The notes below the pieces were generated by a model that worked only from the letters and a program-made list of their open reading frames with translations, was not told the DNA's origin and did not search any database. This document shows, piece after piece, positions 26,045 to 38,229 of a stretch of DNA of 64,000 bases. The position numbers and the translations under genes were made by a program. Each line of letters opens with the position of its first letter. Within the stretch, counting starts at the first letter, position 1. The stretch comes from Lingula anatina (Eukaryota; Animalia; Brachiopoda): the NCBI GenBank assembly GCA_051362555.1, contig CM120645.1, forward strand, positions 6,820,001 to 6,884,000, given 5' to 3'.

Positions 26045-27247
26045 CTACATTGGTACATCACCATGTTTCTCATAATCTGAAGTTGACTTAGACACGGGTT
26101 CCTCAGTTAACGAGAAGCTTTCTTCTATTATTCTTCCATCGCTATATCGAACCCTGTCAGTACAGAAACAAGCCTTTAACAATCGCATCATTTTGCTGTG
26201 CCAAGAGGCCAAAAGGGAACGAAGGGCAATTCTAAAGTCTCGCAAAACAATAATAAATATAATAAAGTCCAGTACAAAACGCAGCTGGCCTATATTAGAA
26301 AGCAACCACTGGAGATGATATTCGTTAAGGTCCGGCTGATGTCCATCACTAAACTGGAGATAATGAAGACGTAATTTAACAACGTGGTCCGGCATAATAA
26401 TGAGTACGTGCAAAACAACTAAACTCACAGCAAGGCAATTCATCTTTAAGTTTTGTTTGTGGTTGACATTTTCTCTCCTTTGGGGCGATTTTGGAGCAGG
26501 TCTGCTTAGGTCGTTGGTGGTGTTGAGGCACTGTGTAGCGCCATTTGCGTCTGAGCTGAGGCGTCGCTTGGCCATGCATACACCGAAGACTTTCTTACGC
26601 ACTATCAAAGCAACAAGGACTAAAATACACACGTCTGGAATGAATATAGTTACTGCCATCTGTATTGAATCGATGACGGCCAGGCTTGGTTCGTACTTCA
26701 CCAGGAGTACGCATTGTCCCTCAACAATCCCCGACATCCAGGTTATGTGTAAAAACATCACAATGGCAAGAACAGTTAAAGCGGTGATGACAAACTTGCT
26801 CCGTAGCACTGTGCACATTTTTCGAGCTTTGCCCACCATGCATGTGCATATGTATATATCCGTAAGGAAGGCAATGGTGAACCATATGGAGAGAAAATGG
26901 AATATGTAACTGCAGCAAAGGATCAGCTGACAGAGGCCCTCTACCAGAAAAAGGTTAATGTTAATGGTAGGTGACCAATTTATTAGCGCCGTGGCGAGAC
27001 ACCCTGCGTCTGCCGCCGTCATTGCGGCTAAATAGTGAGATTTTGAGATGGTTCGAAGATTTGGTGCTCGGCTGAACAGGATCGAAGATATAATGTTCAC
27101 AATGAAGCCCACGATCGCAAGCAAAGGAAAATAATACTCGGATAGTGCCTTTAAAAACAATGGCGGTAGTATGGTGTCGTAATAAAAGTCCGTGTCGTTT
27201 TGCCATTGTGACGCATTATCAACGTCAAAAATGCCATCGTCTTGCAT
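26045..27247 (-). CDS. Intronless rhodopsin-family (class A) GPCR, FMRFamide/sex-peptide-receptor-like orphan, 400 aa
   Basis: Seven hydrophobic segments; N-terminal N-glycosylation sequons (NAS, NDT); TM1 GFIVN, TM2 YLAAMTAAD, Cys at the top of TM3 with SIWFTIAF, ICL2 MCTVLRS, ECL2 Cys, TM5 FIP, TM6 IIMP, helix 8 DFR. Confidence 0.92.
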   Translation of the reverse strand: MQDDGIFDVDNASQWQNDTDFYYDTILPPLFLKALSEYYFPLLAIVGFIVNIISSILFSRAPNLRTISKSHYLAAMTAADAGCLATALINWSPTININLFLVEGLCQLILCCSYIFHFLSIWFTIAFLTDIYICTCMVGKARKMCTVLRSKFVITALTVLAIVMFLHITWMSGIVEGQCVLLVKYEPSLAVIDSIQMAVTIFIPDVCILVLVALIVRKKVFGVCMAKRRLSSDANGATQCLNTTNDLSRPAPKSPQRRENVNHKQNLKMNCLAVSLVVLHVLIIMPDHVVKLRLHYLQFSDGHQPDLNEYHLQWLLSNIGQLRFVLDFIIFIIVLRDFRIALRSLLASWHSKMMRLLKACFCTDRVRYSDGRIIEESFSLTEEPVSKSTSDYEKHGDVPM

Positions 27248-28243
27248 TGTTGCAAGTTTTGATGTGGTACGTTAGTCGTGTCCTTCACATAACACCGACT
27301 TTTTCCAGATCAATAAGAGATCGAATGATCACAAAAGCTGTCATTTTATCGTCACTCATTAACGGTACCCAGTGCGCTCACAAATGACGACTAAGCAGAT
27401 GCCTTCTGTTGTTAGTAATTCGTGCTCAAATGTCTGAAGTCTCCTTGCAATATCATTCCACACGATTATTTGATGAAAAACATTTAGTCATATTCAGGTT
27501 CTATAGACGCTCAACTCCCTATACACGGTATCTCAATGTAATTTTTTTCAGTTTTTCGATGTCACGAGTCGGGAGGTAAACTCGCCTGCTGCCCGACCTT
27601 TCTCAACAGTGTACTAGCATATTATGTATTCTAACAGCGCAGGTTCTTGTCTTTAAATTCATTATCAAGACAAGCTACACGCTTTGTGTAAAAAATAAAA
27701 TAATCAGATCTGCTCACACCTCTTAGTCTCTCAAAGGATCTTGCTTATGAAGAATGATTGCTATTCGAGGTTTCGACCTCAGTGGATAGACTCGAACTGC
27801 AAGCGCTCCATCTATCGGCATAATGAAAAGTACATGAAGATTGATTCTCAGTGTCGAGTTAATTTTCCTAGTTCACGGCCTATACCACGTGAAACCTTCC
27901 ACGTGCATATTCCCTAGTGGGCTTGTGTCATTTAATGTCATAACGTTCAATATGGTTCAAGTGAACTCACTGAAATAAATTGGTTGAAAAAATCACACTT
28001 TTCTTAACTATCATAAGACCAAATGTAGAACTAGCAAAACAGACTCTACAACCCCCCGGCAACATAATGAATCTTTTTTTTTTTCAGATATTAAGTTTGA
28101 TGTAAATGCAATCATCTGGAAAAGCGTTCTTTCTTTCGTTTGGTCATTCGACGTTCACGCTTTCAACAAAAATATGTTACAATATATACAACAATGTCAG
28201 ATTTTAGCCGATTGGTGAATTTATCTGCCTAGGGCTTACTTAC

Positions 28244-28370
28244 CTTAAGCGCGCTATTCCTTAACCACAACGGCGCTAAGCTAGAGCTGTCTCCAAACTA
28301 TATCGGCTTCATATATAGCACGTTCACCACTTGGCTGTGACGTCATCAGATGTTGTGCAACTGCGCATGC
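28244..28370 (-). promoter_or_regulatory. Candidate core promoter and short non-coding first exon, probably of the GPCR
   Basis: In minus-strand order: NRF1-like GCATGCGCA (28362-28370), perfect CRE TGACGTCA (28338-28345), TATATAT (28311-28317), predicted start near 28289, strong donor AAG|GTAAGT at 28244/28243. Confidence 0.55.
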
Positions 28371-31279
28371 CTGAACCTGGAACATCGTTTCTGCTTTTAG
28401 GCAATTGGTGGCAAATAAACAATAGTAGGTGACGATGCAATCACTTTATTATTTCAATATTGATAATAGTGAGAAATCTGTTAATGAGTGAGGCCTGGGT
28501 ATTTGCAGCAGCTTAACAGTCCTGGCAGTCAATTATTATAGGAAATACTACCGATCGTATGTTTTATAAAGCATCATATCGTCTCTATGCTGCCGCTGGA
28601 CTTAAAGTGGCATAAGCATATTCCATTAGTAAACAAAGTGGTGTTGGTTTCAAGGAAGGCAGGAGTTAACAACCCATGAAGACAGTAGAACTTTATCGCT
28701 TGATTTATGGAGGACAGCAGGAATCATCGGTTCAGAAATGATTTTAAGTGTTTCTTCTGGAAACCAAGATAGCGCGTTGGTGTTGCCAAGACAATAGGGG
28801 CGACACGAGTTGCGACGGTTGATTGATCCAAACCTTTGAAAAAACTAGTTACAATGTATAAGCACATTATGTACAGTTGAAAGATATCATGTAATCACAG
28901 ACCCTAGCAAATATTCTTTTGAAAACAATGAAGGTACATCTACTCGCACGATATTGCCAATGACAAAGACAGATCTTTCTTGCAGTATTGTGTGCAAAAA
29001 CCTGCAATTAAGTTCCGCTAAAAGGTCTTCCCGTACACTGCACAAAGCATATTGTCAGCATTACATCTAAGGGCTTCAAGTTGCAAATGGTCTGAAATGT
29101 TTTATGTTTACTTACTTTGCTTTCTCTTAATAACTCCCCGTATCGGGCAGCTGTACAGTATGTCTTTCAATTTGCAGTTTACAGAAATGGATTCTGATCG
29201 TTTCACAACTGGGCTATATGTTCCATATATTTGTACATCTTAAAAACCAAGGCCTTACGTTTCACTTATTTTTTGAACCTATAACTGATTATCTTTTTAA
29301 AATACTATGTGTTTATTTGCCTATCCATTGCCAGATTATTCACGCTATATGCACCAGTGTGTCTGATTATATGAAAATGTTCACGTACTATTTGCTCTAA
29401 AATCTGATGTATTGAGTTTGAATTATGTGCTGTTTTAAAGAACTAAGTTGTTAACGCTGGTGTACCGTTGGGGAATTGTCATCAAAGGTTTCAAAAAATC
29501 CAATAAGTCAGATTATACGGAAATGCCTCAGACCTTGTTGAACATACAGTTGGTACATTAGTTATGGGAATTCCTTGTCAATTTAACTACATAAGAGCGT
29601 CAAAGGCTATCGCATGAGTGTTGAAGAATAAGCCGCGCGGGACACACATTCCATGTTTGGTTACTATGCACCGTGGGCTCAACCGGCACATTACAAAATT
29701 AATCCCGTAGCTGTCGCGCGCGCGACGCAAAATTGGTACTGAACATTAGGCCCAAAGGGGGCGCTGAACCATGCAGAACCGTTACATTATGCCGTGTTTT
29801 ATGTAAAAACATTATAAGCATTATAACCTTATCAGTTCCAAACTCCCCAAGATAATACCAGGCATCACGACTAAGACTGATTGGATTTCACAGAAAAAGT
29901 CTGAACGTCATTTCAAAAGGTATCTCGTATGTTTTTCGCTTTGTTCAAATTTGCATAGATAACACGCTCTATGTATCATTACACTTACATGCTATAGTCA
30001 GTCAGAAAATGATTAGCAGATATATGATCAAAGGAAAACCTTGTCAGGATATCAAAGATGCCCTAAATTGACAGCCATGACTTCGCTTGATTGTACATAT
30101 AAATATAGACGATTGCTAAAGCATGCTGGGCCCATGCAGTAAAACGTTATGGTGAAATAAAATGAGAAAGGCCGATGAGATAAAAGATGATTTAATAACT
30201 TTAGATTGCAGAAAGCACGGGTGAACTCATAAGCACTCGGAGTGCTGTCTGCTTCGTTATTGTTTTATATTTCAATTATATAATTATGTGTCCACCGTTC
30301 TGACGAAAAAAAAAATGTTTATGTGAACACCCGTCTGTGTCGTTTGGCCCAACTTTTCAACTGGGTAGACAATTGAACAAGTTATACACAAGTTATACAT
30401 AAGAAATTGTTCGCCAATCAAAACTCATTTTTGTAATATAAAAATATAAAAGGTGTACCATTGCTTTGAAAAATACTCATCCCTTCAAACCATCCGAGCA
30501 TATATATATATATATAACCCGTATAATTGACCTCACGAATGCACGTCAGTCTATCGGTATTTGACAATATTCATGCCAGTAACTATAGCGTTACTCAAAC
30601 CCCACCCGACCTCCGTTAACACCATTCTTCGAGTCCCTGAGCTTCACCTCTTACCGACCCGTTAGAACCCACCTTCCTTAGCCTTCACACCCACTCCTCA
30701 GGGATCTTGGGATCTAAGAGATAGCGACGTCTGCGGATATCAAATTTCCGTCGTGAAAGACCAAATACACAAGACTGTTTCCAACCATGTACACCGTGCC
30801 AGACGCCAGCTAAATAATAAATGGCGCCAGCTGACTCTTGCGTTTTATTATGCAATGTCTGATCATCGTTTTGTTCCTAGTTAAGAGAAATCGTGCTAGA
30901 GTGCGAGCGTGTGAGTGAGCAAAAGCATATGAAAGGAAAGAGTCGATTTTCACAATTTCTAGCCATACACATCTTTTGTGTAAATGGAGATTTTTCCATT
31001 GTACAGTGGATTCAAAACATAGACATGATTGACTGTCTTTGTTTAGTTGATTGTTGTATTTTTTCATGCATAACGCCTTGTTCTTTTGGTGATAGGAGCT
31101 CTTTACAGACGTTCTTGGAATGAAAGAAGAATCTCTCAGTTGTTTTGTAGTTGCAAGGATGTCTGACATTTTATGTCCCAGTCGAAAAATGTTGGGAAAA
31201 TGTTAACAAAGGTTTCTCAGTTCAGTGATGGACCAATTTAACCCGGATAATTTCCCACAGGAACCCACACTTCGCAAAG

Positions 31280-31916
31280 TGCCAAATCCAAAATGACCGC
31301 CAATGCAAGAGGATCTAAATCGGCATATCACTGAAACTGTGCAACTTAAAAACTTGTAAGAGGTTCAGTTTCTTATCAAGAAAACTATGGCCATTCATTT
31401 GAACATAATTTGGAAGTCATCAGAGGTCAGGGTCATGCATATATGCCAAGGTGAATACATTTAAGTATAAAAAGGAGCAAAGCAGCTTAAAATACAACAT
31501 AGATTTTGTTTTTTCACAAAAATGCTAAATGTTAAATTAGTTATCTATATTGTGTTGAGAGCTGTATGCAAGGGGGCACCTTGCTGAATGCCGTAATTAA
31601 ATGACCAACAATAAAATGATGTTTGCCAAGGTCAAACCTGAATCTAGCTAGATACAACAGTAGGATTTGGTATCTCTTACAACAATTAAATAAAATATAT
31701 CCGTCAATGAACAAGACTCTTTTAAATAATGTACTTAATTAAATTTATGAAAAAATTAAAGGACAATAGTTTGTTAGTCGTCGGAGGTGAAGGTCATGCA
31801 TGTGTATCAAGGTCAAACTTGAAATGGGAGCAAAATCGCCTGAAATACACCGAACGGCTATAATTGTCATAAAAATACAATTCCTTAAAAAGCAATTTGC
31901 ACAAAAGGTCATCATA
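31280..31916. repeat. Diverged AGGTCA-rich repeat (about 180/360 bp periodicity), possibly a Helentron-associated non-autonomous element
   Basis: GGTCATGCAT...CAAGGT...GGAGCAAA...AAATACA blocks at about 31423-31498 and 31785-31850; CCAAGGTCAAAC at about 31626. Boundaries are approximate and the class is inferred. Confidence 0.45.
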
Positions 31917-31918
31917 TA

Positions 31919-32190
31919 TAAGATAAGATAGATAAGATAAGATAAGAGTTTATTTAGCCAATTATGAAAATCGGAAAATCATTTTCCTTTTGGAGCAAGT
32001 TTCATAATATACAGAGTAAAAGTAATAAAATTAATAAATTAAGAATTTGGTTTTGAGATCAAATTAAAATGCATCACTGCACTTGGAAAAAAGCTGTTTA
32101 AAAAGAGTTAAGTGCCTTTAAAAGTAAAAAGTCTACTATTGCTTGGTAAAAACGTAAAGAGCGATGATGCAGGATGAAAAGGATGATATA
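31919..32190 (-). mobile_element. 5'-truncated LINE 3' end (CR1/L2/Rex1-Babar group)
   Basis: Minus strand translates HPFHPASSLFTFLPSNSRLFTFKGT*LFLNSFFPSAVMHFN, matching the recalled ORF2 C-terminus HPxHxLFxLLPSGRR...RFxNSFFPxAxxLLN. It is followed by a short 3' UTR, AATAAA and a (TCTTA)n tail. Confidence 0.75.
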
Positions 32191-33655
32191 TAATTACAAT
32201 ATAGGTAATGTGCACGTGAAGGTAAAGGCAAATATGCCTCCTCCGGTGTCCATATAAATGTCACTCTTTCTGTATACCTATGCTATCATATTTTCCGTAA
32301 TTTTGGTCTTTGTTATGCTTCAACTAAAACTTGTTTTTGCTTGCAACTTAATTCTTATTATATTCTTATCTAATTCGTGTTGCACTTTACACTCGTCTGT
32401 AGTAAAACACCTTATTTAGTTTTTCGTAGAGAACATGTATCCATTGTGCCATTTAACAACCAGCCTGCGTTTACTTTCCCCTTACACAATGGTCAGGGAA
32501 GTAATAAAAAGAAAGCAAACTTTATAGTACTTACCGCTTATTTGTCAAACGCTAACGAAAGGTATTGACATGGGGTCGCCGCAAGCAAGCAAAAGATAGT
32601 ACGCTAACACGACCCCCCTCAAGTGTAAAATATTTACAACCGACATTTTCAAGTATTTTAAATATTTATGAATAAATTAGACGTTATTTTTTTCCGGTAA
32701 ACATTTTGCTCGTTACTCAGAGTATGCAGTCGTCTTAAACACCGTAAAAGCTTAAATGTATGTGTGTGTTTGTGTGTGTGCACATAAATTTGTTTGTACC
32801 CCCTCTCACGAATTGACTTGTTTATTTCCGGCCTGCATATTGGGACTATTATCTTTACAAAACTAAAACAGCTTCTTCACATACGCCATTGTCCAGAAAA
32901 GTGGAACATTAGCTCCCACCCACCACCCCCTACCCCCGCCCCCACGCCAAGACGAGACCTACCCCAGCACGAATAAGAAAAGGTAGTAAACAGGTAATGT
33001 ATATGTCTATAATCATCCTCGATCTCCGGAGCACAAGTAAGGCCTGCTGTACGTGTCTGAGTATTGAGTCTTCGCATTCTATCCGCATGATGTAAAAGTA
33101 CATGTACGGTCATACTGGGGTTTGATTCTCATGATACATTCTACCGCGCATCCTCAATTGTGTGCAATTGAAATCAAACTCAAAGTTGAAGGATATGCTA
33201 ACGTCAGTGAACATGAACCGATTGCTTAAGCTCCAAGTAATTGAAAAAGGTATATTTTGGTTCCTGTTCGTCTTCTGAACATCCTTAATCGCAGTAAAAT
33301 GTCATGGCCCCAAGCAGCCCTTTGAGCCTGGAGACATTATTACTCAGTACTTAAATGAAAATCTACGATATCGAGCTATTGAAATAACGCAATTTGATCA
33401 TGCACGAATTCAAACAATGAGAACACCCAATAACACGAAAACCCTTAAACAGCTACCCTATTAAACAGCCATGGGTATCCATATATTGAATGTGGGCAGT
33501 ATGTTAAAGATCGTCTTTACATCTGTCAGTTGAAGATAATGTTTGACATTTCAGTAGTGAAAAGATGACGTTTTGTTCCTTAAGTTTCAAAGAATGAGGT
33601 AGGAATACATGGGCTCAAACAAAAGGGCTGATTGTAATAAATACCTTTATCGTGT

Positions 33656-33698
<43 letters not shown>

Positions 33699-36600
33699 CG
33701 TGCGTGGAACCAACAATGACGTGTCCCGACACTAATTTTTTATCCCACAATATCCTATCACAGTGACGAAAAACTGGTAAATTTCATGCCCGTGCCTTAA
33801 CCTTATGTGATACGTAACAAGTACAAAGTAATCCATTTAAACGGCGTTATTAGAATTGATTGGATCCAGTTCAAAAAGACAGCGAGTTGGCACTTCAGTA
33901 CGTATAACGATTATAGAGCGTGTGGTATCATATGCATCATGGACCAGCTGTTGACCGTACTAGAAAATAGAGATTTATGATATGAAAGTGATTGCTGTAT
34001 GTCAAGGGCTGTAGGAAATCAATGCCAAAATATGTCATTTTTCCAAAAGATTGGTTTTATAGTTTAGAGAATATACTAACACTTAATGCAACCTACAAAA
34101 TCGCCACAACGTTACAGTGTAAGCCGTGTTTAGGAGTTCTCATTTTCAGAAGTACGGCAATACTAGAGTTGGTTTGAAATATCGAGAGGAAATTTTGATT
34201 TGCTCTTTTGTTGCAATGTAAGGGCTCTCCACAGCTATAGCTCATACAACCCATACTAAATGTCAAGTCCATTAAATACAATTGGTAATCTTCTAATCGG
34301 TTAACTATTTCAGAATTGGTCCGTTTTTTTTCTTTGGTTATAGAGGCAATTTCTGATTTATTAAACGATTGTCTTTGTTTCAAAATATTTTCTATGCGGG
34401 CACATTAAAAGCCTGAAAAGCTCGCGCATAAATAGTAAGAAGAGACAGCAGTACTGTATTGCATTACGTGAATTACGTTAACAAAGTTGTCTTCTTTAGA
34501 GGAAAAAGTCATTAACCTCGCATTGGGACGTCAACAAGGACTGCTTCACATGTCAATTGGTCTAAATACGGACTTTTCTTCACGGGTTCTTTTCAAATAT
34601 CAGAGATGACTAAATGAACTGTCGCACGTAACGTACTCTTGCACCAGGCTGCGAGCCGATGACAAGACATTTTTCGTCTGGGAATAAATCTTAAATTTAT
34701 AAACCATGGGCATTTTAAAACGTCCCAATCATATTTTCTTTTTCAACATATGCAAAGCACCTCATCTTTTTTCCAATTTAGTCCTAACAACGAAATGAAC
34801 GTATATAAAAGTACCTTAGTACTTTCTGTAATCTATGGGAAGAAGTAAAAGATTTAAATGAAAATGGTATTTTATATCGAATTCAAGTGCAGGGCCGGGT
34901 CGAACAATGATTAGTGAAAAAATTCGATTTGGCAAGGAAATCATGGCTAGGACAACTTTAATGTCAAATTCAGCAACACAGGAAATTGACTAACAAATCT
35001 ATATACCTTCAAAGAACGTAAGAGATAGTGGATAGCCAGAATACTGACAAAATACGTAAGTAAAGAAGACAGTGCTGCTAGGAACGACTCTGCATGTTGC
35101 TGTTAGCTTTCTCGACCTTTGCTTGGCAAGCTTGAATACAATACGACCTCTTTGGCTGCTACTATCAGCAATACATTGCGACCGTTTAAGAAACAGGTTC
35201 TGCAAAAACAAATAGGTCTAGTTAACAGTCGGATTGGTTCACGTAATGAAAACTTGATTTAGGAGAATTAAGCACAGCCAATCTTAGTTTAGCACTTAAA
35301 ATGCGTTCTAAACCAGTAAACCTGCTGAATGGACTTGGTTGTAGATTAGAATGATGCATTTTGCCGATGTCAGCTAGTAGTTCTCTCTCTCACTCCCTCT
35401 CTCAGCGCACACTTTACTCAGCGCAGTACGAATTTTTTCCAACAAATTCTATTTATCTTTTCCCCTCATATTCTGACTCATCGTGCATGATCCACTATGT
35501 GTTAGTTCCTTAGTTTTGCCCCAACGTCTCTTGATGACTAAATGACACTTTCAAGAGAACAGTAGAGTGCGTATCACTCAAATAAAAGCATATGTCTTAT
35601 TATGCCGTTCCAATCCGCCGTTGGTAAAAATGAGTGATAAGTTGTCAAAAGGACCTTTGCATAATTTGTCATGCTATGTAAAACTACGCTGCATCAACAA
35701 GGTATCTTATGATCAAAACTTGTTATTTTTAGCTATCAGTAGAGCATATAATGACGTTGTGAAAGATACATATATCAGACGTTTGGTTTATTTTACATAT
35801 TTGTCTATTTATATCATTCCATTTCTAATGTTGGTAAAAGAAATCAATAAGGCGATGGTAGAAAATATACCTAACATGTTTTTGCAAGTGAAGCAAACCC
35901 GATCCTTAAAGTATTCTGGAACTAAACTATGCGATTTCAGACTAATCCCAATGACGTCAGAAATAAGCCTACACTTTACATATACCTGGGGCCGACACCA
36001 AAAGTTAAATTAAAAACTTAAGTTCAAATATGTGGTCTATATCAGTTCAAAATAAACCTTTAGGAGTCCGCTTAAATAAGCATTAGCCTGTAATTTTAAT
36101 CTCATCTTTCTTGGTATAAAATAACATTGTACATGTATGCTTTACTAGAATACCACTAATTCATCTTGGGTTAAAATAGACTGAAATTGTATTTAAAGTT
36201 TAGGCAGAAATTTTGTGCTAATGTGCTTTTTGTGAAACAGGCAGAAGCTCTCTCTCGAGCACTTCCTGTATGGTCTCAACAAGTACGTAAAATTGCGCAT
36301 ATTTTCATTACGCTTCCCGCACACAGTGAATGACAGGCGGACCAAGAGACAATTAGGTTCTGTGGTTTATTTGGCACTGTGATCCACCGTTGCTCATGGT
36401 AATCACTGCGAAATTCAACTCTCTAGCACACATCTCTATTGCGTTTGGGAGATTTGTCTGGTAACTAAATTATCTAACTCTTAAACACTGGAGCCATTCA
36501 GTAATACGGCCGTTAAGTAAAAAGATGTGTTCAGACTGGGTATCTTCAGACCGGGAATTGGTTGAAGGTGCGTCATCAAATGACCAAATTAGAACAAACA

Positions 36601-36761
36601 CTTATCAAAAGACGTTATCCGACCGTGAGATACACTCTATAGTTGGTTTTAGGGGTGATTTTCGGTGAAATACGAGTACTTTTTCTCGGGATGTATGTTT
36701 GTCAAATGATAAATGTCCACCCTCTCGATATGTGCAGTATGCCTTCAAGAACACTTCGCTC

Positions 36762-36792
<31 letters not shown>

Positions 36793-36928
36793 GCATATCT
36801 CGCTCGGTTGACAGTGTTTTATCACACGCATATCCCCAACGTTTTCATGTGATTCAGTTCTCTGATCTGGTATGAACATTGCATGGAAATGCACGTGTTT
36901 ATCTGGCCGTCTGATCAGCACAGACATA

Positions 36929-37107
36929 GAGCGCATACAGAACAGCGGATTCGCATATTAAATATGGCCGACCCACTTGAGTGGTAATCCCGGGTAATCC
37001 CCGCGGGGAATCTATTCAGTGTCTAATCAGGAATCAAGAGGCAAGCTCTTTAGTGGGTCGCCATATTTGATCCGCGAATCTGTTAGCCTGCTGTTCTTAA
37101 TGCGCTC
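36929..37107. mobile_element. Foldback/hairpin MITE, family A copy 2
   Basis: GAGCGCATACAGAACAGCGG...CTGCTGTTCTTAATGCGCTC inverted termini; AAATATGGCCGACCCACT / AGTGGGTCGCCATATTT inner arms; same core as 20903-21070. Confidence 0.75.
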
Positions 37108-37807
37108 ATGTAGTCATCTGAATAGACAAGTTAGCCCTGTCACTGGTCGAAAATCATCCTCGTCTGCACAGAGCTGTACTACTTGTTCTGACGTCGGTTA
37201 AAATGAGGGGGCATATGTTGATAGCACATGGGAATAAAGGGCCTCCTGAACGTAACGGGGGTAACGTCATTGCAGAGATCAGCTAACAGATTGCATGTCT
37301 GTGAAATATCAAAGTGATCAAAACGGCCGGCATTCAATCAGAAAAGAGGTCTCATTTGTGCTGCTGCAGACAATAGCCTAATTAAGGTCAAATAACGTTT
37401 GGCAAACTGTAAACAGATCAGAGAATTGCTCTCGGAGATTGTCACGGAGCGTTAAGATTGCTCGAAGTTGCATGAAAAGGACATAATCCATAGAGGCAGT
37501 GGGAAGAGATTTTTGTTTCAAAGCAAACCGCTTGAAAATTATGCTCTACTCGTGGTGCTCTGATGGGTTTTTAGGCTCACCATCGTGAAGTAGCGGATCT
37601 TACATTGGTCTCCTTGAAGGGGTGGTATTTCACCTAAATGTTGGGTAAAAAGTTTGGACCTCGCTACTGGGGGGTTCCGGATAACTATGACCGCATTCAT
37701 AATTGCGGATTGAATCTCTACTCCGAGGTTTAATTGCTAGACCCCTGCAGCGACGGCACGTGGGGAGGCGGGGAGACCATTATGGAATTAACGGCAACGC
37801 CTTTGAT

Positions 37808-37970
37808 GAGGGGTCGGCCATATTTAGTCTGCGGATCAGTTAGTACTCGGATCATCTATTCTGAATGGTCCCACAGTTGATTCGCTGACTAAAAGGTCGG
37901 CGGATCAAATATGGCCAGCCCACTTGAAAGCTTGCCGCGTAATCCCTGCGGGGAATCTATTCAGTGTCGA
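37808..37970. mobile_element. Partial copies of hairpin MITE family A
   Basis: GGGTCGGCCATATTT (right arm) followed by GCGGATCAAATATGGCCAGCCCACTTGAA...GCGGGGAATCTATTCAGTGTC (left arm plus core). Confidence 0.65.
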
Positions 37971-38117
37971 TTTGCGAAAAACGCTGATTCCACGCAAATA
38001 TCTAAGTGGAACCACTGAAGTTGATGACATGATGAGTAGAAAGCATTTTAATGAATTACTTGTGTAAATAGCAATTTCTGTTCATAAAGCAGCGAGGGCC
38101 TTAGAGAACCCGGATCG

Positions 38118-38192
38118 CAAAAAAAAAAAAAAATAATAATAATAATAATAATAAAAATAAATAAATAAATAAAATAAAATAATAATAATAAT

Positions 38193-38228
<36 letters not shown>
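38118..38228. repeat. Poly(A)/(AAT)n/(AAAT)n low-complexity tract
   Basis: Directly visible. Confidence 0.9.

Positions 38229-38229
<1 letters not shown>

Noticed and set aside
26376-27387. Overlapping and antisense ORFs on the GPCR (e.g. 26400..26909 +, 169 aa)
   Set aside because: Shadow frames of a real CDS with no independent motifs.
35567-36013. 148-aa ORF
   Set aside because: GTG start, AT-rich composition, no motifs or splice support.
37200-37800. Faint resemblance to a restriction-like-endonuclease non-LTR retrotransposon C-terminus on the minus strand (NLLADLCNDV)
   Set aside because: Too degenerate to call by eye; needs BLASTx.
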